Positions 30,658 through 37,958 of a stretch of DNA of 42,109 bases are shown here, piece after piece; the stretch's first letter is position 1; each line of letters starts with the position of its first letter. The notes below the pieces were generated by a model, which saw nothing but the letters and a program-made list of their open reading frames with translations, ran no database searches and was not told where the DNA came from. A program made the position numbers and the translations under genes. The stretch covers positions 1 through 42,109 of the forward strand of contig CBFCZA010000001.1 of assembly GCA_965602285.1 (NCBI GenBank). Direction: 5' to 3'. This stretch comes from an uncultured Curvivirga sp. (GTDB taxonomy: Bacteria; Pseudomonadota; Alphaproteobacteria; UBA8366; Aestuariispiraceae).

Positions 30658-31617
30658 TTAGCTATTTAAGGATTGTGTCCGACGATACATGGGAATGCTA
30701 ATGTCAGTGCGTGGATAGGCAATAACACTAACCATAGGTGTTCCGGATTTATTACGATTTGGTAAAATCAATCGTTCATAATTTAACCATTGATCTTCTC
30801 TGTGATCAAATCGGACCAACGCACGAACATGCTGATAAATAGGTTGATCATTATTTAAAGATTCTACATAAGATTTGGTAGTACTGTGACTATAAAGGTC
30901 ATCTATAATATTGTCATCTAAGGGTTTATTGATGGCTTTGCGTCGCCATTCTTCACCCATTAAAGAGCTAATGTACGACTTGGTACCTAAATAGCTAACA
31001 TTAAACTTGCAGTCATTTTCATTTTCATAGGTATAACGTTGCAAGTAATCATCAATAAAGTGGTTGCCTGTCCTAGAAGAAGGTCCAGTTTCAAACTTAC
31101 CTTGCTTCCAAGCGTCAAGCGCAATTCTTATGGGGTTGGATGAGTTATTGAAATAACTATCCGGTGTATCGATAATAGGATGATTCTCAAAGAAAATACC
31201 ATTATCAGATCCTTTGTTCTTATGGCTTTGGATCTCTATGATACGCCTAATGGCATTATGTGGGTTTGTATGTATTTCTTTACACCAGCCGCCATCTAAA
31301 AAATAAAATGAGAAGCTTTTAAAACTATTTAATTCTTTTTTGAGATAATCCAGAAGGCTTGTCATCGCAAGGCTTGTAGTATTTTTATTGTCCCAAGTAA
31401 TGGAAACCTTATCGTTTGACGTTAGGTCTACTTGGATTAGTTTTAAATAACTGAAGGCTGTGTCATGGATATTTATATCTGGAAGTTCAGTTTCTTGGTC
31501 TTCACTGAGGTCATTCGCGCAAAATTTACCGGCTTTCCATTGTCCAGTATCAAGGATGTAAAACCGTTGTTCTTGCTGAGATTTATAGTAATAATTGTTG
31601 TGATAAATTAGTTTCAT
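30658..31617 (-). CDS. Hypothetical protein (319 aa), C-terminal PAS-like fold suspected
   Basis: AT-rich ORF with SD GGGGG; C-terminal QPIYQHVRA...WLNYERLILP resembles alphaproteobacterial PAS-like proteins. Confidence 0.65.
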   Translation of the reverse strand: MKLIYHNNYYYKSQQEQRFYILDTGQWKAGKFCANDLSEDQETELPDINIHDTAFSYLKLIQVDLTSNDKVSITWDNKNTTSLAMTSLLDYLKKELNSFKSFSFYFLDGGWCKEIHTNPHNAIRRIIEIQSHKNKGSDNGIFFENHPIIDTPDSYFNNSSNPIRIALDAWKQGKFETGPSSRTGNHFIDDYLQRYTYENENDCKFNVSYLGTKSYISSLMGEEWRRKAINKPLDDNIIDDLYSHSTTKSYVESLNNDQPIYQHVRALVRFDHREDQWLNYERLILPNRNKSGTPMVSVIAYPRTDISIPMYRRTQSLNS

Positions 31618-31674
31618 ATCATCCCCCCGGACATTTTTCTAAATTACGCCAAATAACTTAGATGAACTTTATCT

Positions 31675-31717
31675 ATTGCCATTTGACAAACAAAATTTGT
31701 GTTTGTCAAATGGCAAT
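31675..31717. repeat. 18-bp perfect inverted repeat with 7-nt spacer
   Basis: ATTGCCATTTGACAAACA-aaatttg-TGTTTGTCAAATGGCAAT. Confidence 0.9.
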
Positions 31718-31783
31718 TGGGGAATAATTTTTATTTTACCACTTATGGGTGATATGAATTAGTTAAGAGGTTTTCTTACGGTT

Positions 31784-32128
31784 TTAAATAGCACAGGCTT
31801 TAATAAGATTTAAAACTTGATTTCTAACATTATCATCTGGAATGGAATCGATACGTTTAGCAAGTTCGATTGTTCTGCGAGGTAATGTTTTTGCATTAGC
31901 TTCAGCTTCTGAATCTAAACCATCAAAGAAATATGTAATTGGTGTTTCAAGGGCGCTTGCGATATCCCAAAGGCGACTGGAACCAATACGGTTAGTTCCT
32001 TTTTCATATTTTTGAACTTGTTGAAAGCTTACGCCAAGGATTTTTCCAAGTTGTTCTTGGCTCATGCTTTTAGCAGCACGAGATTCACGGACTTTGCGAC
32101 CTACATGAATATCAGTGGGATGTGGCAT
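31784..32128 (-). CDS. XRE-family HTH regulator (PraR/PhrR-like alphaproteobacterial family)
   Basis: HPTDIHVGRKVR...MSQEQLG..LGVSFQQVQKYEKGTNRIGSSRL...YFFDGL; SD AGGAG. Confidence 0.93.
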   Translation of the reverse strand: MPHPTDIHVGRKVRESRAAKSMSQEQLGKILGVSFQQVQKYEKGTNRIGSSRLWDIASALETPITYFFDGLDSEAEANAKTLPRRTIELAKRIDSIPDDNVRNQVLNLIKACAI

Positions 32129-32444
32129 ATTAATATCTCCTAAGTATGTTATGTCTCTATCTTACAAAAGAAGTAGCCTTCCCCGACTGTGAAAACCAGT
32201 ATAGGTAGTTTTTCAGAGTTATTCAATTAAATTAGCATAAAATGAATAATGAAACGCAATTTTGAATAGCGTAGGTTGTAAATTTTACCGTTCGAATTAT
32301 GTGATGCGCTAGGCTCTGTGAGGGATATATGGAAAGAGCGTTGTCTGTTGAGGTTTTATCTCTTGATAAAATTGACGAATCACGGCTTTTATATGGTGCA
32401 ATCTACAAAGGAAGTTTGTGGGGGCTTATGGGTGAGGTGATCAA

Positions 32445-33209
32445 ATGGATGCGTCCGGCGCAATTCGAAAAATTAAAAGTCTGGAACCATCGATGAATAA
32501 GCGATCTGGAGACGGCATTTTAGAAGATGATAGTCTAGTTGAAGCTATTCGTGCGGTTACCAAGGTTCCTTCGCAACGTAAGGTTTCCTATGCTATTCCA
32601 TGTGCTTCGCAATTTCGCGATCAAGTAAGTGAATTGGCTGATCGTCGCAATGTTAATGTTGGTGATATCGCGCGTTCTGTGATGCTGACATTGCCGGAAA
32701 AAATCATTGAATCTATGGAAGATCCCGGCGAGCCGAATGTCGAGGACCGTGAGACTATCATTCTGAAGTCAGGACCAAGTGCTGGCAAACCATGGCGTAG
32801 GAAGCCGCGTTTGCAAGTTCGAATGCCTGCTGGTTATGATATGGTTGTGATCCGAAAAGCCCTTGCTTTGGCTCTTGAGCTGGATGGCGGCAAGATTAAT
32901 ATAAGTCTAGAAGATCCTTCTTTACCAACGCGTAAAGAGCAAGCTGATAAGGATCGTGAAAAGATCATACGATTGCATACAATTGTGACGGCCATGTCCT
33001 TTGAGCTTATTAAAGGTGGTGTGCAAACTCTAGAAGAAGCCTTATATGTATTAGGGTTTCCCCCTTCATCGCGCCCGAATATGAGTGACGTTAAGCAACG
33101 GTTTAGGTTGATGGCAACGATTCATCATCCTGATAGTGATCTTGGTGGGCATGAGAGAATGTCACAGTTAAATGATGCTGTTTCATTATTGCGCCGAACG
33201 TTACCATAG
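32445..33209 (+). CDS. J-domain (DnaJ-like) protein with N-terminal RHH-like region
   Basis: C-terminal ALYVLGF...VKQRFRLMATIHHPD...RMSQLNDAVSLL; SD GAGGTG. Confidence 0.82.
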   Translation: MDASGAIRKIKSLEPSMNKRSGDGILEDDSLVEAIRAVTKVPSQRKVSYAIPCASQFRDQVSELADRRNVNVGDIARSVMLTLPEKIIESMEDPGEPNVEDRETIILKSGPSAGKPWRRKPRLQVRMPAGYDMVVIRKALALALELDGGKINISLEDPSLPTRKEQADKDREKIIRLHTIVTAMSFELIKGGVQTLEEALYVLGFPPSSRPNMSDVKQRFRLMATIHHPDSDLGGHERMSQLNDAVSLLRRTLP

Positions 33210-33246
33210 GCTGAGAACAGAGGCTTGTTGGCAATATATGAAATAA

Positions 33247-33303
33247 ATATTGCAATATGCATAAAATATGCATAAATTGCACAAAATAACTAATTGTGCA
33301 TAA
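33247..33303. promoter_or_regulatory. Cluster of TGCA-core palindromes and repeats (candidate operators)
   Basis: ATATTGCAATAT (33247-33258), tandem ATATGCATAAA x2 (33255-33276), TGCACAA-N9-TTGTGCA (33278-33300). Confidence 0.6.
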
Positions 33304-33305
33304 AA

Positions 33306-34475
33306 ATGAAACATAGAATAAAACAAGCTCGTTTAAGAATGAATTTAAGTCAGCAGCAGTTGGCTGACAAGATAGATGTGTCTCATTCTACATTGAATCG
33401 GTGGGAAGCAGGCCATCGAGAGCCTAAACGTGACCATTTAGAAGCTTTGGCTTCGGCCTTATCTGTATCATTGGAATGGTTGATGTTGGGGAGGGTGGCT
33501 TCCCGGCAAACCTCATCTTCTATAGCAACAACGCCAATGCAGCGTCATCATGAAGCTATTTCAAAATCTGAAGCCCCCTATTATAATCCAGAAAACCCCC
33601 CTTCAGGGCAGGAGTCCGCCATGTTAAAACATCCATCAGAAGTTAATCCGGTTATTGCTTATCAAGGTGTGCCCGGTGCCTATTCGCATTTGGCATGTCG
33701 TGAAGCATTCCCCCATTTAGAACCATTGTCATGCTTAAGTTTTGAAGATGCATTTGAGGCAGTAGAGACGGGTAAGGCGGGTCTTGCTATGATACCGATT
33801 GAAAATAGTCTTGGCGGTCGGGTTGCTGATATTCATCATCTATTACCAGATTCCAATCTCTATATTATTGGAGAGCATTTTCAGCCTATAAACCATTGTT
33901 TGTTGGCACCAAAAGGTGCGGAATTAAGCAAGATTAAAGAAGCGCGAAGCCATACACAGGCTTTGGCCCAGTGTCGTGATACTTTGCGTGAATTGAAAGT
34001 TACACCTGTTAAACATGCGGATACAGCAGGGGCAGCCAAGGAAATTGCAGAATTAAATGATCCAACCATTGCGGCTGTTGCAAGTGGTTTGGCGGGCGAT
34101 ACCTATGGTCTAGATGTTTTGCGTCATCGCATTGAAGATAAAATCGGTAACGTGACACGGTTTATTGTTATGTCGCGTACACGTATCGAGCCTGACCCAC
34201 GTTCTGGTCCTTGTTTAACCAGTTTTGTATTTCAGGTCCGAAGTATTCCAGCAGCATTATATAAATCTATGGGTGGTTTCGCGACCAATGGTGTGAACTT
34301 TGTGAAGTTGGAAAGCTATATTTCTATCGCAGATGTGAACACAGCACGTTTCTATGCAGAAATCGAAGGCCATCCTGCTGATAAGGCTGTTGATAGAGCC
34401 TTTGAAGAACTTCAATTTTATACAACAAAAGTGAAAGTCTTGGGGACTTTTCCAAAGAATAATCCCAAAGACTAA
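33306..34475 (+). CDS. pheA: XRE-HTH / prephenate dehydratase in-frame fusion (PheA proper from internal ATG 33621)
   Basis: N-terminal RIKQARLRMNLSQQQLADKIDVSHSTLNRWEAG; PDT motifs IAYQGVPGAYSH, PIENSLGG, SHTQALAQC, NVTRF; ACT domain with KLES. Confidence 0.92.
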   Translation: MKHRIKQARLRMNLSQQQLADKIDVSHSTLNRWEAGHREPKRDHLEALASALSVSLEWLMLGRVASRQTSSSIATTPMQRHHEAISKSEAPYYNPENPPSGQESAMLKHPSEVNPVIAYQGVPGAYSHLACREAFPHLEPLSCLSFEDAFEAVETGKAGLAMIPIENSLGGRVADIHHLLPDSNLYIIGEHFQPINHCLLAPKGAELSKIKEARSHTQALAQCRDTLRELKVTPVKHADTAGAAKEIAELNDPTIAAVASGLAGDTYGLDVLRHRIEDKIGNVTRFIVMSRTRIEPDPRSGPCLTSFVFQVRSIPAALYKSMGGFATNGVNFVKLESYISIADVNTARFYAEIEGHPADKAVDRAFEELQFYTTKVKVLGTFPKNNPKD

Positions 34476-34481
34476 TTAATT

Positions 34482-35279
34482 TTAGACGCTGGCTATGTTC
34501 CGTTCTCTAAACTTTAAGAAGCTAGAGTAAACGAGAAGGTAGCTAGTTGCTGTCCCAAAAGATAATAACGTTCCAAAGGCTATGCCAAGCGAGCCATAGG
34601 ATAAATATACTGTGATGGTATAGACAACCAACGCCCCTAAGCCTGCAGGATAATTTTTAATCACCGTCAAAGCTTGGCCTTCGCCATATGTTAAATGCAA
34701 CAAGATTAAAAATGGTACCATTGTCACAGGGAAAGCTGCGAGCAAGCCAGACCAACTTGGCCCGATAAGAGATGCAAGACCTGTGATGACAAGGACAATA
34801 CTAGCTGCGGTCGCCCCCCGAATTAAAATAATTTTCAATGTGATTGTAACCGGCTTGTTTACGCGTACATTTTCGATTTTGCGAAAGAAAAAAGCAAAAA
34901 TAGGAATTGCGATAACGGGTACAAGTAGTGCACCAATCAAAGTATATTCTGGCATCCTTAAGATATATGAAGTGATCGCAAAGCAAAGGCATGAAAGTAA
35001 CGTTGCAATAAGGGCTGGTGGTTTTAAACCAGACCTTAAGCCAAGAAAATATCCACCTGCCAAGGCCATGGCTGCCACGAACCCGGGCAATGTGTAAAGT
35101 GCGGCTTGTGTCGCAAAATCAATACCGTTTTCAATGCCAATGAAAAACAGGGCAATGGCTGTACCTAGAGGGTAGCCCGCCATAATGCCGCCTGCGCGGG
35201 GGCTGACCCGTTCGGCGACAGCCGAAAGTGCTAAAACGGCAAGAATAGAAACTGCGATTTTCGCAAAAAATAATTCCAT
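34482..35279 (-). CDS. Uncharacterised polytopic membrane protein with internal duplication
   Basis: About 8-9 hydrophobic segments; repeated motif SPRAGGIMAGYPL / GPSWSGLLAAFPV. Confidence 0.8.
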   Translation of the reverse strand: MELFFAKIAVSILAVLALSAVAERVSPRAGGIMAGYPLGTAIALFFIGIENGIDFATQAALYTLPGFVAAMALAGGYFLGLRSGLKPPALIATLLSCLCFAITSYILRMPEYTLIGALLVPVIAIPIFAFFFRKIENVRVNKPVTITLKIILIRGATAASIVLVITGLASLIGPSWSGLLAAFPVTMVPFLILLHLTYGEGQALTVIKNYPAGLGALVVYTITVYLSYGSLGIAFGTLLSFGTATSYLLVYSSFLKFRERNIASV

Positions 35280-35291
35280 GGTAAATTCTCT

Positions 35292-36197
35292 TTATTTTTT
35301 ATTAAGCCAGTCAGACATTAAGACCCATGAAATGGAATCTTTGCGGGGTGTTTTTATGATATCAGATGCTTCACCTTCAATCAGGTCTTCACGTGTGAAC
35401 CATCTCGCATCTTCAATTTCTTTAGGATCGATGGTAATTTCTGTTGTTGTTGCTTTTGCGGTATAGCCCAGCATTAAGGAGGAAGGGAAAGGCCACGGTT
35501 GGGAAGAATGGTATTTGATGTCTGTGATATGCACGCCAACTTCTTCGAAGACTTCCCGTGCGACTGCTTGTTCCAAAGATTCTCCCGGTTCAACAAAACC
35601 GGCTAATGTTGAATACATGCCTTCTTTAAAATGTGGGCTTCGGCCCAATAAGGCGCGGCCTTGATCATCCTCAATTAACATAATGACAGCAGGGTCGGTA
35701 CGTGGGAAATGGTCTTTACCACAGGCTAGATTTAAGCAATGACGGCGATGACCCGCATCTTTATTTGCTGTTGGGCTTCCACATTTTCCACAAAATTGAT
35801 GATGTGCGTTCCAGTGGGTAATACCCCGGGCAAATGCCGCTAAGGCACCTTCTTCTGCGGACATGGCTGGCCCAACTTCGCGTAAGTCGAAAAATTCTCC
35901 ATAGCCACTAAGGGGTTCTTCTTCATGATGAGAAAGATCAATGGCAAAATGTGGTTGCCCTTGCATCATGCCTAAGAATGAAAGACCTTTTGCATCAATA
36001 AGAATCTCTTGGGCGATGTTATTTGGAAGTTCAGCTAATCGTGGCTCTTTGTCGGCATTGGCTATGAAGCTTTTCGCGCGCCACACAGGTAAAATTGTGG
36101 CCTCACCATTTTCAAGCATGGCAAGTATTTCAACATCGTCTGTTCGCAAGTGACCAGAGCGATCTAATTCTTGATTCACATAAAAGTTTTTCTTCAT
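35292..36197 (-). CDS. nudC: NAD(H) diphosphatase NudC
   Basis: Zinc finger FCGKCG...CLNLAC, FPRTDPAVI, Nudix box AGFVEPGESLEQAVAREVFEEVG, SQPWPFPSS. Confidence 0.96.
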   Translation of the reverse strand: MKKNFYVNQELDRSGHLRTDDVEILAMLENGEATILPVWRAKSFIANADKEPRLAELPNNIAQEILIDAKGLSFLGMMQGQPHFAIDLSHHEEEPLSGYGEFFDLREVGPAMSAEEGALAAFARGITHWNAHHQFCGKCGSPTANKDAGHRRHCLNLACGKDHFPRTDPAVIMLIEDDQGRALLGRSPHFKEGMYSTLAGFVEPGESLEQAVAREVFEEVGVHITDIKYHSSQPWPFPSSLMLGYTAKATTTEITIDPKEIEDARWFTREDLIEGEASDIIKTPRKDSISWVLMSDWLNKK

Positions 36198-36401
36198 AAC
36201 CGTGCATCCAATTCCTTTAGGCTTACATCAGAAGCCCGACACATAAGGTTGGATATCTAGCGTTATTATTTGTGGATTTGCAAGTGCTTCCATATGGAAT
36301 AGCTCTATTGATCCTAAGGATGAATAAACTCTATATGCAAAATTGCTATTTCTTTGTAAAATTCACTTGCGAATTTGTCTCTAACCCGTCATAAGGTCCG
36401 C

Positions 36402-36496
36402 GGAAGGTCGGTCGGACGAGTATCTCCGCCAACCCGGTCAGATCCGGAAGGAAGCAGCCGTAACGGAATTTTACACGGGTCGATCCGATCTTCCAC
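36402..36496 (+). ncRNA. ffs: Signal recognition particle RNA (4.5S)
   Basis: Domain IV core GGTCAGATCCGGAAGGAAGCAGCC; closing stem ggaaggtcgg/ccgatcttcc; upstream TTGCGA-N17-CATAAG; near dnaX. Confidence 0.95.
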
Positions 36497-36505
36497 TTTT
36501 AATTT

Positions 36506-36529
36506 GCTGATCATTTGATCGGCTTTTTT
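36506..36529 (+). terminator. Terminator of ffs
   Basis: gctgatca-tt-tgatcggc followed by tttttt. Confidence 0.8.
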
Positions 36530-36570
36530 ATGCCTTCAATAATAAAAGGCTTTATTCATTACGTCTCACA

Positions 36571-36599
36571 TTGACAGTTTCTATGCTAAACGATAAAGC
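36571..36599 (+). promoter_or_regulatory. Sigma70-type promoter of the nucleotide-sugar dehydrogenase
   Basis: TTGACA-N17-TAAAGC. Confidence 0.55.
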
Positions 36600-36646
36600 T
36601 TTCTTTTGAAAAATGAACGATATCACTTTATCTCAGGAATGTTTAA

Positions 36647-37900
36647 ATGATTGAAAATCCCTCAATTGCAGTTGTTGGTCTTGGCTATGTTGGGTTGCCC
36701 TTGGCAGCTGCCTTGTCGCGCCATTTTGAAACAATTGGGGTCGATATCAATCAGGCACGGGTACAAGAATTAAAAGAAGGTTTCGATCGTACAGGTGAAT
36801 TGGATGCTGCGGCCTTGGAGACAGCACCTTTAACCCTAACGCATGACTTGGGCGAAGCCGCGGGCAAGGATATCTATATTGTTACGGTTCCAACCCCTGT
36901 AGATACAGAAAACCAACCAGATTTGGGGGCGGTCAGAGGTGCTTCTAAATCTGTGGGTTCCATGATCCAAAAAGGAAGCATAGTTGTCTATGAAAGTACG
37001 GTCTATCCCGGTGTAACGGAAGATATTTGTGGCCCGATTTTAGAAGAAGTATCTGGATTAAAAGCAGGTGTGGATTTCTACCTTGGTTATTCTCCAGAAC
37101 GTATTAATCCCGGTGATAAAATTCATACGGTTGATAAAATTACTAAGGTTGTTGCAGGCCAAACAGAAGAGGTCGCGCAATTACTTTCACGGATCTATGG
37201 TTCCATGAATGGCGGCAATATTTATATTGCGAAAGACATAGCAACAGCCGAAGCATCCAAAGTCATTGAAAATGCACAACGTGATATCAATATCGCTTTT
37301 GTAAATGAAATCGCCTTGATTTTCGAACGTATGGGGCTTTCAGTTTACGACGTGTTAGATGCAGCACAAACCAAATGGAATTTCCTGCCTTTTATGCCGG
37401 GATTAGTTGGCGGACATTGCATTGGGGTTGATCCTTATTATCTTGCCCATGCCGCACAGAAAATTGGTATTGAACCGCATGTCATTCTATCTGGTCGTAA
37501 AATAAATGACACGATGGCGGATAGTATGGCGGAACGTATCCATGATATGTTGGCAGGGAAATCGAAAATATTAATGTTAGGTGTCACTTTTAAAGAAAAT
37601 GTACCTGATATTCGAAATTCCAAAGTAACGGACCTTATATCTGCCCTTAAATTACGTGGACATGATGTGGATATTTATGATCCTATCGCCGATAAAGATG
37701 AAACCCGCGAAGAATATGGTTTGGAATTAATCGAATCACCCGACAATCAATATGATGCGATTGTTGGTGCCGTGCCTCATGATATTTTTGATGATTTATC
37801 ATTGGCTGAATTGCTTAAAGATGGTGGCTTGGTCGCAGATATCAAAGGCATATGGCGTAATCGTCCGTTGCCAGACAATATCCGCCGTTGGAGCCTTTAG
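36647..37900 (+). CDS. Nucleotide-sugar dehydrogenase (UDP-HexNAc 6-dehydrogenase, TviB/WbpO/CapL-like)
   Basis: GLGYVGLP, VPTP, ESTVYPG, YSPERINPG, GLVGGHCIGVDPYYL, FKENVPDIRNS. Confidence 0.93.
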   Translation: MIENPSIAVVGLGYVGLPLAAALSRHFETIGVDINQARVQELKEGFDRTGELDAAALETAPLTLTHDLGEAAGKDIYIVTVPTPVDTENQPDLGAVRGASKSVGSMIQKGSIVVYESTVYPGVTEDICGPILEEVSGLKAGVDFYLGYSPERINPGDKIHTVDKITKVVAGQTEEVAQLLSRIYGSMNGGNIYIAKDIATAEASKVIENAQRDINIAFVNEIALIFERMGLSVYDVLDAAQTKWNFLPFMPGLVGGHCIGVDPYYLAHAAQKIGIEPHVILSGRKINDTMADSMAERIHDMLAGKSKILMLGVTFKENVPDIRNSKVTDLISALKLRGHDVDIYDPIADKDETREEYGLELIESPDNQYDAIVGAVPHDIFDDLSLAELLKDGGLVADIKGIWRNRPLPDNIRRWSL

Positions 37901-37958
37901 GTCCATAGGTCATTTTTTTTGATTTTGGATTAAAAACCGCGGGACAATTTGATGTGCT

